Assembly: GCA_964035545.1 (NCBI GenBank)
Contig: OZ037766.1
Location: forward strand, 29,016,440-29,080,439
From: Bugula neritina
Lineage: Eukaryota > Animalia > Bryozoa
Length of the DNA: 64,000 bases
Direction of reading: 5' to 3'
The notes below the pieces were generated by a model. That model was not told the DNA's origin. It worked only from the letters and a program-made list of their open reading frames with translations, and did not search any database. Positions within the stretch are counted from its first letter, which is position 1. Each line of letters starts with the position of its first letter. Both the position numbers and the translations under genes were made by a program. Positions 1-15,818 of this stretch are shown here, in pieces.

Positions 1-730
1 GTTTAGAAACAAGCTTGAGGATAATTCCCCCTGAAATCAACAAAGTGTATTGTAGAAACCACTTTTTTATATAATATAGTAGCTATATAGTAATATAAAA
101 GTTTGAGATTAACTCATATTAAAGTCAACAAAGTGTAGAAACTATAACTATTATGTAATATAGTAGACAGAAACTTTACACTTTACTACGTACTAAGTGA
201 AAGCTAGACTATTACATTCTCAATATATCATTATATAGGAGACTTGGCGGTGTACGTATTTATAAAAGCTCTAAATGTCTTTCTGACTTATCTTTGCATA
301 TTGAATTTGTTTATGTGATGTAGATACAGTAATTTTCTAAAAACACAAAATTGTTAATACAATGCTCCCCTACTTATCTCACTAAGCAAAAGGTGATGAA
401 TTCAAAAATCTTTATATGTCATTGAATACAATACAACTTTTATAAATAACTTTTCTTTTCCCAACCTATTGTAACCACGTGAACATTATTTTCCAGCTTC
501 TAACAAAAGTTAGAATCAATATAAATAAACTTATTTACCTCTTTCAACAGTCTTCATCTTTGTGTCTTTCCCTGTGACTGTGTGACAGTCTTTGAGGTTT
601 GTCAAAAATATGAATTATAGATATTCTATAGTGAGGGTGACACAAAGATCTGATTGGCTGATCCGTACAACAGAGGAATAGCATAAAGAATAATATATTT
701 TTCAGTTCAATACATTAGCCAATAAAAACG
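1..730 (-). promoter_or_regulatory. 5' flank and putative non-coding first exon/promoter module of a further array copy (G0) whose CDS lies left of the window
   Basis: Bases 1-60 match the sequence just upstream of exon 1 in other copies (e.g. 7414-7475). 535-730 carries the shared upstream module (ttcaacagtcttcatctttgtg...gatattctatagtga...gatctgattggctg...ttagccaat). Confidence 0.75.
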
Positions 731-1814
731 ATGTGTCTTATAAATGAGCCATTCAATACAAAATAATTTTGATTACCTGATTGTTGTATAAAAGAATTTA
801 AACATTCCTTTTCACAATCGTCTTGAATCTATTAGAAAGCTGTAATTCGATGACTTCACTTTACGTAATTTTTATACAATGTGACCATAACTCCCTGACT
901 ACACTCTACATTTTTATACCAAGTGCTGATAACTCCTTGCTATTTTGTCATGAACTTTTTCTAAGTGGCACATCTTGATTGAATGGTCATCAGTTGAGAT
1001 GTTAGCAGCTTAAGGTGATAAGACTTGTATATCGTGTTTATATGCACTAAACTTTATGATATTCAAATTTCCAAAAATACATATAAAACTATCTCAATAT
1101 ACACTGAAGTCAGCCTAAAAACACATGAAGTATATCTTGCTATACACATTGGTTATAAACAATATTGAAACTATATTAGAGTATTAGATTGTACACCTTA
1201 AAACCACTTTTGAGAGTTCTACATACAGATGAATAATAAACTGTTATAGTTTGTTGCAGGTGTTCTGTTCGGGATGAACGTTTTCCTTACCCTTACATTT
1301 CAAGCCAATAGTTTAATCAAAACTCTGATTATCAATTTATCAGATGAACAACCAAGTAATATGATGCGAAAAATAGTTAATAGAATAATAGGTATCACTA
1401 TGTACTACATGCATTGCTACCATTTCTATTACATCTATTTTGTCAAAATTGACAAATTTTAAAGTGAAAAGCTAAGATGTGTGTAATATAATTGAAATCG
1501 TTGGAACTAGCTTTGTTTGTTTATATATAAAAACTTATAGTATTTTTAAAACTATGAATTACTATAAGTCTAGTAGCTATAGCTACCATTCCTATTATAC
1601 ATCTATTTTGTCAAAATTGACAAATTTTAAAGTGGAAAGCTAGGCTGTATAATGAAATATAATTTAAATTATTGCAACTCAAAATTTATAGTATTTTCTA
1701 AATTACGTTTCTATATAAGAGCCTAGTATAGCTAAAATATGTTGTAGAATATATAAACATTGATTTTTAGAGCATATAGTACCGAAATTGAATCTATAAT
1801 TGTTTCATACTATA

Positions 1815-1980
1815 TGTGTCTGTATGTGGTGTGTATGCGTGTGTGTGTGCGTGTGTGTGTGCGTGTGCGTGTGCGTTTGCGTGTGCGTGTGCGTGTGCGT
1901 GTGCGTGTGCGTGTGCGTGTGCGTGTGTGTGTGTGTGTGCGTGCGTGTGCCTGTTTGTGTGCCTGTTTGTGCGTGTGTGT
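1815..1980. repeat. (GTGTGC)n/(GT)n microsatellite
   Basis: Directly visible alternating purine-pyrimidine repeat. Confidence 0.95.
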
Positions 1981-3364
1981 TTATTTTGCATATTTATACA
2001 TGTGTGTATTGTGTAGCTAATAATCTATTATATACATACATTTATTATACATAATGTGTTTATAAACTTTGCTCTTATAATGGACCAGAGATGTTCAACA
2101 GGGAACCCAGGGCTGGATAAGGCCTCAAGTTTACATTTTTGTGACTTTCAAAGGTATAACACATGAATTATTTTGTACACATTATATTCATAAATCAGAG
2201 TGGAAAAATACCTTTTAAATGTGTAAATTTTATACATGCAAAATAGCATGCAGCCTATGCAGCAAGTATAACATTTTACTTAACTGGGTAAAGATTCTTA
2301 GGCAATGAAGTAATTTAAAAATTACAATGGTGCTGTGGCCCCTAGCTCAAACTAAATTTTTCGATTCAACTCTTGTGATGTGAATATTCCATCAAAAATG
2401 AAAAGATTAGACACCCATGCTTTAGACTGCTGATATATAATCGGTTTAAACACACAGTTTTAGTTTTAGTATGTTTCTTGCAAATAAAACGCGAAGTTTT
2501 CAAATATAATATTACAAATAAAGTGGAAAAATCAAATTGGGCTGATGCCATATTTGATTAAATTAAGAATCTATGAATCCAGGTGCTTCTTTATAACAAA
2601 ATTATAGCATTGAATGTAAGTAGGGATGTGATTTTTTAAACTGCATTGAATGATTCAATTTAAAAGAGATGGTCCTAGTTTTTATCACCTCATAGAATAC
2701 CTTATATATAGTACTCCTCAGTATGTATAGAAACATCCAGGGTTATTTAATTCAATTATCAGTTTATTATCAGAATATTCTGCTTTTTTATTTTATTGTA
2801 AATTATATATGCTGATGTTAGGTATAAATGATTCGATTTTTTGTTGGAATTTCCTGTATTTAATTACCTAGTAACTGTGACAACAGCAAGTTTTCAATGG
2901 CCTATAAATTCTTTATGATTTTGTTATACTAACTGTCATCATAATAGGATAAGTGAGCAGTAAGTCTTAGTGAAATCAAAGAATTTAGTGCTTCAAACAG
3001 CATTTTTTCTTTTGGTTTAGTAGAATAGCACACTGAAACAATATCTTTTAGGTTTTAAAGTTATAATATGAGTAATATAATGTGTCTTTATTGTATGGAA
3101 TAAAACTCAGGGTAATGAATGTACTATATTCTAAATCTATAAAATGAAAAAAGCAAGCAGCTATAGGTTTACACAACTCAGTCAGTTTTATTTTTAAAAG
3201 TTTTTAGCAAAATATTTAATACAAACTATAATGTCAGAGTTAATCACTAAAAAGAACTATAGAAACTAGAATATAAAATGTATTAGAAACATTTGACATT
3301 TTACACTACTTGTATTTTAGAAAATGAAAGCACCAAAGTAAAGAATATTACACTTTACTATTGT

Positions 3365-6300
3365 TTATTTAGAACAAACAACACAAGTTAGCTGCTTCTT
3401 ATCATCATATGGTGGACATTGTCCAGTAGCTCCATTTCCAGAGCAAACAGTTCTGACAAAGTAGAACAGAGCTCCATTTGCATTACCACCCATTCCATTG
3501 ACATACTCAAGATCTTGATCTACACACTCATATGTAGTTGGGTGAGGATGATCATAACGTTGACTCATCAAGTAACCTGAAATGACATGCAAACAAGTTT
3601 CAAATTTACTGTAAATACTAGATTTAATAGAAGTAGATGTTTATAAGAAGTGTTTTGCATTGTTTAATAACCATTATCAGCTTCCCAATATAAAAATTAT
3701 ATTTGGCAACTAGCAATTAATGCAGTATGTATAGTAATAAATTAGACAAAGCAAACTATCAAAAACTAATGCTTTGAAACTATAACTTCTACAAGCATGC
3801 GACTTCATGTTTTTCAATATAACAGGTTGTGATTAATTGCTTAATTGATATTAATGATTTAAGGGCTTTTAGACAATACTTTTTTGGTGAATAAAAAATA
3901 ATACAATATATAAAATAATACTATTAAATTAGGTGAAATTATTACATATACATAGCACTATGCCTATCTTTCAAATTTAGCCATAGGAACCTTAAGAATA
4001 AAAAATAAACATAATAACACTAAGTTATAGATATATGGATCATTACTAATTTCTGGAAATAGGGCATTTGTTGAGATATAAACAATATAATTACCTTCAT
4101 ACTCCTGTGTCTACCCAGATGGACAGGATCTTTTAGCTGGAATCATCATAAGAGCTGGTCTGTTCTCTGTATAACATCTGGCACATGGTACATTCTGTTG
4201 AACAGCTGTATTGGGGAATATTCCATAGTGTTCTGTTTGGTATTCTGCACCATTTATGGAAGAGCCTTTAAAACTGCCACCAGTGTAGGCTTTGTTGTAT
4301 TGTGGGTCAAAGGGCATACACTGGTAGTTAACTCCACCTCCAGTGTTTGTATAATATTCACCTCCAGCAAATCCTGAGAAAATAAAACTGTTTTATTAGT
4401 ATGTGTGTTCATGGATAAATAGTAAACATTATCTATAAAACACTAAATGATAATCTAATTAATTAAAATGAGATAAAATAGATAAACTTCTTAGCAGTAA
4501 TTTGCTGAGTAATATTGTCATAGTCTTCATATACAAATATAACCTTCTATGACGCAATAGATTAGTACTAATTATTTCACCTGCATAAAGTAGTGTTGAT
4601 TGGGAACCACAAGATTTTCTTCCCCATCTTACGTAAACAGCTCCTCCTTCATTATGTGACACATTGCCAGGAGCACCTGGAGCACCTGTTGGACCTCTCA
4701 ATCCTGTAAGTCCAGGAATACCAGGTAATCCGTCTCTCCCTATTTTTAAAACAGAGTCAAATGCTGTTATATGCTAAAATATTTGCTCATAGAATTGGCA
4801 GAACAATACTTGTATTCTAGCTGATAAGTTAAGTTTTTCTCACCATCACGGCCACTTGCACCATCATTTCCATCTCTACCATCTCTGCCATCTTTACCAG
4901 TAAAACTTCTGACTCCTAATATAGATATTGAGATTGTATGATTGCAAAAGAAAAAAATGCAGCTTCTCATTATCTTGCCATGTGTTTGCTTTGCACTTTC
5001 ATTGTGCAATTACAAGCTCATGCAATGATGTAGCATTTTACAAAATTCGTATCTTAAAAATATTTACGGCTATATAAATTTTGCTGTAAACTTTTAAACA
5101 GCCACTCATATAGTATATAATCAACGAAAGATATTGCTTGCATGCGTGTGATATTTTGCCATTAATGAGTGCATGTATAAACTTTAATATATGTAGCCTA
5201 TTATATTAGCTGCCATCTATTGCAAAGTGAGAAGCAATCATTATATTATAGTTCAAATCTAAAAAAGAATCAAGTTATATATGCAGTACTTTTGATCTAA
5301 AATGTATTTATTTTGAATTATATTGCCAATTTAAATTAAATTACAGTTGAGTTCAAGCTGTGATGGTAGAAAATTAAAATCTGAATAGCCTCAATCAAAT
5401 TCACAATTAAGATATGCACATTTTTGGTCTAATCTTTTTCATTGGTTTAAAATTATATATTGGCGTAATAAAACATAAAAGTTTGCTTTTTAATTTTGAT
5501 TCATAATGAACCTTAAAAGTCTCAATATCCGTTGTGTTCACCTAAACTGCATGTCAGCTAGTTAATTGTTTACTGTGACTAAAATTGAGTAAAATTGACT
5601 TTTTCTCCATATAGACCAGTTCCTATAATATATACTGATAATTTTAATTCAGAAATTTGTAATAAAACCTACATATAAAGCTGTTTGCCAAATCTAAATA
5701 AAATATAATATATAAATAAAACATTTTCTGTCATTTTAAGACAAGAATAATTTTATCTATAATACAAAGCCTTTAATTTAAGAATAATAACTTTTACCAT
5801 GTATATGCACATCTGGGATAAAAAGCTAACAACTTCATTTTCTTCCTCTTTTTCAAGATAATCTGCAGTTGGCAAAGTTCCATTGAGTAGCTATAAATGA
5901 GATCAAACATTTCAATAACAATTTTTATATATCCTCATGCATGGCTTTATAGATTAATCGTCTGCAAATAAACGGTCACAAAGTATGCGTGAGTATATTT
6001 TACTTTCATCTTATAGCTATCACTAGTTATGCTAGAAAGTACACTAAAATTCTTTACCAGACGTTGTATTTTAAGTTTAAAAATTGTCAGCTCTAGATTT
6101 TGTAATTAATTTACTCAAATAAACTACAGCAAGATTCACTACCATAATTTGATATAACTTTGAATATTCTGTTTGTAAATACTAAATATTAAATTATTCG
6201 AATATATAGTAACCCGAAAAGTTAAAACTTATAGGAAAAAAACTATTGGAATTGATTCAAAATTTAAACAAAGTGTTTTGTCTTCTTTATATGGCAGATG

Positions 6301-7376
6301 CTGAAAGCAGGCAGCTGTGATGTAACAGCCAATAAAAGCGCTTAGCCTAGGGCCACACTGTGCGTAAATTCTCGCATGCGAAAATTGAAACCGCAGGTAG
6401 CAAAGGTGTCCACTGTAGCGTCAGGGAGATCAGAAAACTACTTATAGCTAATAATATTTGCGTTTAACTTTACGTACTGCCCGCCTTGTTGCTATATGGC
6501 TACAAGTGTGGGATAAATGAATTTTTCATTTTTAAATTGCCCTCGCTTTCAATAAAACGCACTTGCATTCAGAATGCTGAGCGGCAAGTGCGAATGTTTT
6601 CTCAACGCATACAGTGGACACCTTTGCTACTTGTGGTTTAAATTTTCTCATGCGAAAATACGCACAGTGTGGCCCTAGGCTTAGCACAATATAGCGTAAA
6701 CTGGGAATTATGTAACAAAAGCAACAAACGTGTACATATGGTGTATACATTAATTTAATCATTAGCTTATATATGATCCAATTCAGTTAAGATTTCCAGT
6801 ACATTGGACAGAACTAAGTGAATATATTCTGTGCCATAAGGTATAACTATGATATTGTATGCTTCTTGAGAGAAAAAATTTGATTAAAATAAATCTAAAT
6901 ACAAAGTTCATAGCATAAGTGTTCACTAAATTGTAACGAAAGGATTCAGAACACAAATGCTGCAATGGCTAAAGCGAGTAAAATATGTATATAGGGTATA
7001 CGCAGAGCTGATAACGCAAGTTGAAACTTATTGCATCATTCAATTCTTGATGTTAAATTAAATATTAAACCACACTTTGTTTATCGGGTGTATAATAATA
7101 TGTTAATCCACTTACAACATGCAAATGCGCTGTGCGTTTTTGAGCAGTTATCTGCTCCTGAAGCAACTCTATCTGCTGCTGCTGCCTCTCAATTTGTAGT
7201 TGCTGACTTTCATTTTGCTGCCTAAAAACCTCTGTTAGTGCTTCTAACTTATTTTGTTGTTCTTCTAGAAACTCTGTGATATCTTCAACAGTACCACTGG
7301 GTATTCCCTCAGAAGAGTGAACTAGCAGTGTACTTAGTGTTATTAAGAGGAAAACTACAACATAATATACCAACAT
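3365..7376 (-). pseudogene. G1: short-chain collagen C4-like gene with two inactivating lesions
   Basis: Exons 7376-7116, 5890-5798, 4915-4844, 4739-4581, 4373-4095, 3576-3365, all GT-AG. Exon 2 is 93 nt versus 91 nt in every other copy (frameshift). TGG>TAG at 4113-4111 in the conserved CPxGW motif. Confidence 0.85.
6345..6680. mobile_element. MITE in G1 intron 1, PIF/Harbinger-like
   Basis: About 70-bp terminal inverted repeats (gcctagggccacactgtgcg...cgcacagtgtggccctaggc), TTA on both sides, absent from the paralogous introns. Confidence 0.85.
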
Positions 7377-7859
7377 GTGTTTAATAGTCTTCTGTCAATT
7401 AACATGATATTCTGGTATAGAAACAAGCTTGAGAATAATCCCCCTTGAAATCAACAAAGTATATTGTAGAAACCATTTCTATTACTAATATGCTGTGGAG
7501 TGCCAAGTGGTCAAAAATTCACTCTCCATCATGTCTCGTATGCTTACCAAATGCTATGAAATACAACAATGAATGAACTTTTGACCATTTGGCACCCTAT
7601 ACATATACTATAATCTAGTAGAAATAAACCTTATTGTGTATGATAATAGGCTAAGGCTATATTATTGCGGCCACTCATTCTTAGTAATGCATTTATAATA
7701 GTTTTTTGTTATTCTAAACATCTTTGTAAGCTAAACATTTTTTCTCATGTATATACAGTAAATATTGATGTCTATAATAACACAAAGTTGTTATTAGAAT
7801 GACAGCATTGCAAATGTATATAGTTATATATTTAAAAATGAGACAAGCTGTACAAGAAC

Positions 7860-8110
7860 TACAATTGCTTTATAATATAAACCAGACAAACCTTTTTCAA
7901 CAGTCTTCATCTTTGTGTCATTCCCTGTGACTGTTTGACAGTTTCTATAATTTGTCAAAAATACTTATTATAGATATTCTATGGTGAAGCTGACACGAAG
8001 ATCCTATTGGCTAATTTGCAAAAATTTTGACATGAAAGGAAATAGCAGAAAGAATAATATATTTTATTTTCTTACTTTTGCTTAAGTTAGCCAATCAAGA
8101 TGGTGTGTCT
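7860..8110 (-). promoter_or_regulatory. Shared upstream module of G1 (two opposed CCAAT boxes, TATA-like tatagaa, putative 5'UTR exon ending at a GT donor)
   Basis: The same block lies 0.4-0.8 kb upstream of the ATG in G1-G4 and G8, and also occurs in the G0 and G7 flanks. The donor-like AAAG|gtttgt at 7892/7891 pairs with a conserved cag| acceptor about 35 nt before the ATG. Function is inferred. Confidence 0.55.
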
Positions 8111-8274
8111 TATTTCAGATGAGCTATTAAATAATTTTTATTTTAATAAGTAATTTGATTGCTGTATAAAATATTGACATTAATCTCTTCACAAAAGCTG
8201 CGAATATATTAAAAATTTGTAACTCTCTTATTACACTTTACACACAAACACACACATACACACGAATATACAAC

Positions 8275-8486
8275 TTTTACCTATAAGTATATTAAGTGTA
8301 TTTAATGAGGAAATATAAAGTTACAGCCTTTATAAAGTAGAAAAATAAATTGTTATGAGTATACATGCATGTTATATTATGTTATAATATAATATACTCT
8401 TCAATAATTTATTTCTCTGTTTTATAAAGGCTGTAATTTTATATATTTCTCGTTAAATATTATACCTATTATACTTATAAGTAAAA
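8275..8486. mobile_element. Fold-back (inverted-repeat) element, MITE-like
   Basis: Imperfect arms of about 90 bp: ttttacctataagtat...ttacagcctttataaa versus tttataaaggctgtaa...atacttataagtaaaa. Only the right arm recurs, at about 52245-52345. Confidence 0.55.
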
Positions 8487-9467
8487 AATAAAGCTTGAGA
8501 CAAAAAGCATATTTTACTCTTCAATTTAGAATGTATTCGCATTGAGTTTGCATTTATAGCATTGCATTTACTTATTTGCAATTGAGTTTGAAAAAATTTG
8601 TTATGTTTTTTAAAATGGCATTCACATGGCTATCACATTACATAACAAAAATGTAAACATTACTTCCAAATCTTTCTATTTGATCAAATTAGAAAACAGT
8701 TGCTTCTCTAACACAGGGATTTTAAGAGCAAATTTACATAAGTTCTATCACATTACAAAATCACAGTGCAGAGCATATGTAACATCCAGGTGTTTCTCTT
8801 AGATTATGTATTAAGCTATTCAGTTGAAAAAGGAATTGTTCCTAGTTCATATAAGAATAACTAATAATCATCAGTATGTAGTCACATTCAGTGTTATCTT
8901 ATTCAAGTATCGGTTCTGAGTAGGCTACTTAAATTTAATCTCCCCTCAATAATAGAAGTACTTTTACTTAAATTATATTAACTTATTTCAATCAATTAGG
9001 TATCCTTTGCTTTTATTTGGGAATTTCTGCATTCGATTAACTATTTAGTGGACCTACTGGGAAAGAATCTCTTGCAGGTTTGAAGGTAAAATGATGCCTT
9101 TATTGTAAGTAATAAATCACAGTGTAGTGCATATATGGTTTATTTCTAGTCCATAAAATTCAATTAGCAAGTGGATTTGCAAAATACAACCAGTTTTTTT
9201 AAATGGTTTCTCAGCAAAACAAACAAATGGGTTTGCTTACTAATTTACTATTTACTCTATTTTATAAAACTCATCATAATATTAATTTAGTGTTAAGGAA
9301 GTTCGACATTTTATGCTACTTGATATTTGTGCAAAGTAGGGCTACCATAATGATTTAGAAATGCTGTTTTTGCATGGAAGCATTTAGCATAACACAATAT
9401 GTAAGTAGGTCTTGTATTTTAGTAGATGAAAGCATTAAAGTAATAAAACATTGCGCGTCTTTGTTTT

Positions 9468-12013
9468 TTACTTGGAACAAATAACACAAGTGAGCTGCTT
9501 CTTGTCATCATACGGTGGACAGTGTCCAGTAGTCCCCTCTCCAGAGCAATCAGTTCTGACAAAGAAAAACAGAGCTCCATTTGTGTTGGCACTCAATCCA
9601 TTGATATACTCAGGATCTTGATCTACACACTCATATGTAGTTGGGTGAGCATGATCATAACGCTGAGTCATCAAGTAACCTGAAATGATATATGCAAACA
9701 AGATTCAAATGTTACTATCACTACGGCACTACGATTTAGTGAATAGATATCTAATCATTGGGCAAGTTTTTTTCATAGCAAAGATCACTTGATATATGCA
9801 CATGATAATATATATAAAATGGATGCGATCTGTTTGAAGTGGACCATAAAAAAACCATGCAATATTATAATACTAACATCAACATTGAGTTATAGGTATA
9901 TGGATCATTGTGAGCTTAGAAAAATGATGCTTCCAATATATAAACAATATAATTACCTTCATACTCCTTAGTCCACCCAGTTGGGCAAGATCTTCTTGCT
10001 GGAATCATCATAAGAGCTGGTCTGTTCTCTGTATAACATCTGGCACATGGTACATTCTGTTCATAAGCTAAATTGGGCAATATTCCATAACTAAAAGATT
10101 GATATTCTCCACCATTTATCGAAGAACCCTCGAAACTACTACCAGTGTATGCTCTGTTATATTGTGGGTTCAGGGGCATGCACTGGTAGTTAACTCCACC
10201 TCCAGTGTTTCTATGAAATTCTCCACCAGCAAATCCTGAGAAAATAAAACTGTGTTCACAAATAAATAGCATTCATTGTCTATATAAACCACTAAATGGT
10301 AATTTGATTAATTAAAGTGACATAAATGATTAAATTTTTAGCAGCAATTGCTGATTAATATTATCATGACATTTTCCATATACAAGGAAACATTCAGTGA
10401 TACATAATAAATGTAATCTATTTCACCTTCATAAAGTAAAGCTGATTGGGAACCACAAGATTTTCTTCCCCATCTTACATAAACCGCACCTCCTTCAACA
10501 TGTGACACATTGCCAGGAGCACCTGGAGCACCTGTTGGACCCCTCAATCCTGTAAGTCCAGGACTACCGGGTAATCCATCTCTCCCTATTTATAAAACAG
10601 AACTGAAATCAATTGCTCATTGAATGGACACAGAACACTTATATTCTAATATAAGCGTTTAGTTATAATTTTTAATTTTCTCTCACCATCACGGCCATTT
10701 GCACCATCTTTACCATCATCTCCATCATCTCCATTTCTGCCATCTCTACCATCTCTGCCATCTCTACCATCTTTACCAGCAACACCTCTAATTCCTAATA
10801 CACATTAAGACTATGATTACGAAGATAAGAATATATTGCCTTTTGTTATCTTATAATTCCAATATGTTTGCTGTGCACTTTTATCCTGCAATTGCAAGCT
10901 CCTGCATGTAAACTAAATGCTCCAGCTCATACATGTAAACTACATGCAGTTTGTTACTTGCTTAATATACATTTTCTATATATAAACTGTAATTGACGTT
11001 CTAATCTTTGTCACGACACCTAAAACTAAAAACTACTTGCCACATCCAAATGAAAATATAAATGAAGCCTTTTTTGTCTGTATATAACAATTTAAAAACA
11101 CTACATCATAATTCAAATGAAAAGCTACTAATTTCAAAACAATAATTTTCACCATGGGTGTAAAGCTGGCCTAAAACGCTACTGATTCCTTTTTCTCCGT
11201 CATTTGCAAGAGATTCTGCAGTTGGCAACGCTCCATTAAGTAGCTTTAAACAAAATTAAAATTCACAGAAATATCTTTTATCTACATGCATGTGTACATT
11301 TTCAGGGTGTGGCTGCGTTAATTACTTTCGTCTTAGTTATCACAAGCACTGCAAAAATAAACCTAATTAACTGCTTTAAAATACTATGTGTTTTGAAGTT
11401 AGACAGTTTTAGTTTTAGATACAGAAATTTACTAAAAAAACGTCTGCCAGATTCACCAGCAAATTTGTTCAAAAATAAACAGAATGTTTACCGTTTGACT
11501 CATTGAATGTCTGAATTAATTTCTACAAGCATACAGCTGTGAGGTAACAGCTGATGATAGCGTATAGTACAATACTAGCTACGAGTGCTTGCTTTTATCT
11601 TTGGTGTGAACTGAGCATAATGTGGCATCAACAAATATATCTTTATATTATTAGGTGGAGAACAAATCTTTTTGTAGCTGTTGAAAATTTGACATAATTA
11701 CATCCAAATAGCCTATTGTTTCAGTGATTATTTAACTATTCTCTCCCGCGCACACGCACAATGGTGATCCACTTACAACATTCAGTAGTGAAAGTGTTGT
11801 GAGTTGTTGAGCATTTATCTGCTCCTGAAGCAACGTTATTTGTTGTTGCTGACTTTCATTTTGCTGCCTAAAACCCTCTGTTAGTGCTTCCAACTTATTT
11901 TGTTGTTCCTCTAGAAACTCTGTAATATCTTCAACAGTACCACTGAGTGTCCCCTCAGAAGAGTGTACTAGCAGTGCGCTTAGGAGAAAAACTACAACAT
12001 AATATACCAACAT
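9468..12013 (-). CDS. G2: secreted short-chain collagen C4-like protein (361 aa; 21 Gly-X-Y triplets)
   Basis: Exons 12013-11777, 11243-11153, 10794-10687, 10585-10427, 10235-9957, 9679-9468; 1086 nt in frame; GT-AG introns with phases 0,1,1,1,1; hydrophobic N-terminus and complete NC1 motifs. Confidence 0.9.
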
Positions 12014-12389
12014 GTGTTTAATAGTCTTCTGTCAATTAACATAATATTCTGGTTTAAAAAACCTGAGGATAATTCTTCTTGAAGTCAGCAAAATGAATTA
12101 TAGAAACAATTTTTATATACACTAGTAGAAATAGACTTTATTATACGATAATATTCTGAGGCTAGATTATTGTTTACGGTCATTCTTGGTATAATGGATT
12201 TATATGAAATTTGTGTAGTTCTAATTTATTTTCTTTGACTAAATTTGTTAATTAAATGTAAACATATATATATAGTAAGTATCATTACTTAAGTAATGAC
12301 ACATTAAGTTCTTATTATCAGAAGAATAATAATAACTGATGTATATGCATGCAATTCCACTTTAAAAAGTAAAACAAGCTGTACAGAAA

Positions 12390-13020
12390 CTACAATTGGT
12401 ACATATAAACCAAACAAACCTTTTTCAACAGTCTTCATCTTTATGTCATTCCCTGTGACTGTCTGATGGTCTCTAAGGTTTGTCAAAAATACTTATATTA
12501 GATATTCTATAGCTAAGCTGACACAAAGATCCGATTGGCTGGCTTGCAAAAATGTTGACACGAAAGGAAATAGCAGAAAGAATAATATATTATATTTACT
12601 TTATAAGTTAGCCAATCAAGATGCTGTGTCTTAAAATAACAATGCAACAGAGAGCCATCATATCTTATGAGGAGTCGTCTTTTCTTAACATTGGCCTGCG
12701 GATTATAATAGTATGCTTTTATTAAGCAGTTGCAATTTTGAGCAATAGCTAATGATGTTTGACCTGAGTAAAACAAGTTGTACAAAAAAACTACAATATT
12801 GCTTCATATAAACCAGACAAACCTTTTTCAACAGTCTTCATCTTTATGTCATTCCCTGTGACTGTGGGACAGTCTGTAAGGTCTGCCAAAGATATTCTAT
12901 AGTGAAGCTGACACAACGATCTGATTGGCTGATCTGTCTGAAAACGGCAATAAATTAAATAGCAGAAACATTGGAATGCGGTTACTCCAGTTGCATAAAT
13001 TAGCCAATCAATGAAATATA
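12390..13020 (-). promoter_or_regulatory. Tandemly duplicated upstream module of G2
   Basis: Two copies of the shared module, at about 12390-12625 and 12775-13020. Confidence 0.6.
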
Positions 13021-13639
13021 ACTTTAATAAATGCACAATTGTTGTACATGGAATATTGACATTAATGTCTCACAAAAGCCTTGAATCTATTAAAAAGTTG
13101 CAACTCCCTGACTAAATTTGATATATCTATATACAAAGTGACCATAACTCCTTAAGTAGGCTCTACATATTTATACAAGGTGACCATAACTCCTAAACTG
13201 CAATCTATATATCTATACAAGGTGACCATAAATCATAAATGCCTTGCTATTTCACCATAACTTCCTGTCTAAATAATACATATGGATTAAATAGTGGTAT
13301 AACAACTTACAGCATTGAGACTGTTTTGTAGACACTGAATTTTGTTTAATATTCAAATTTCCAAGAATAACAAGTTAACCTATATATTAATTACCGCTGT
13401 AACTAGTCAATCTTATTTCTATATACACGGGCCCAAACAGTCATGGGGACTTATAGAATAAACTGTATAACTTAATAAAACTGTTTTTGAAGATTTTACA
13501 GATTATAAATAATTTAATTGCTAGTTTGTCAATAATTAGCTTAAAGGAAAAGCGTTTACTCTTATCTTTTTACAGTTGCGTTTCAAAGTGATATTATGTC
13601 AAAACTTTGAAAATACTAATACAAATATTACAAATACGA

Positions 13640-15265
<1,626 letters not shown>

Positions 15266-15367
15266 ATTTACATATAAAACTTGTTTCTTAAGAACTGTCG
15301 GAAGTGCTTTGATAGATTTTTGGAGTTTTCCTTTGATTTCATATTATTTAGCCTTTGAGTGATATAT

Positions 15368-15818
15368 TGTAAAGAATTTGTATCGTTATTATTATTATCG
15401 AAAGGAAAACTCCCCGTGGCTTATTTCTTATACGCATCATGGCACGATGTCTACAATTGCAGCAGATCAATTATCGTAATAGCTGACAACCGTAATGCAT
15501 ATCGTTTTTCCTATACTTGGCTGGACAGTTACTACTAATATAAGCTGTGAACCAAGGCAAGACTAGTTAATTAGAAATAATAGCTAGCGTTAGTAAATAG
15601 CCAATAATTAGCGTGCTCGACTAGCCGGCAAAGAGGACTTGATCGTGCTAGTGTAAAGTTGTGTACTAATAGCTCTCTATTATGTAGCAGTTTGTGTTAG
15701 TTGCTGTATATTTTGTTCGTGTATAATTAGCAATAAATAAACTCTTATTAATTACCAGACCTGGTGAAGTGGCTTTCAATAAATAAACTCGTTGATTGCA
15801 GTGAAGCATAAATTCACA
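15368..15818 (+). mobile_element. About 450-bp insertion, possible solo LTR
   Basis: Absent from the paralogous spacer at about 22960. Begins TGTAAA, ends TTCACA, with AATAAA motifs near the 3' end. TSD is not clean. Confidence 0.4.

Noticed and set aside
4111-4113. Stop-codon readthrough or recoding of the in-frame TAG in G1
   Set aside because: All paralogs have TGG, it is a single transition, and G1 has a separate upstream frameshift.
13560-13630. Plus-strand splice-acceptor-like tttttacag before the microsatellites, suggesting an antisense gene
   Set aside because: Not conserved in the G3 spacer, and no coherent exon or donor follows.
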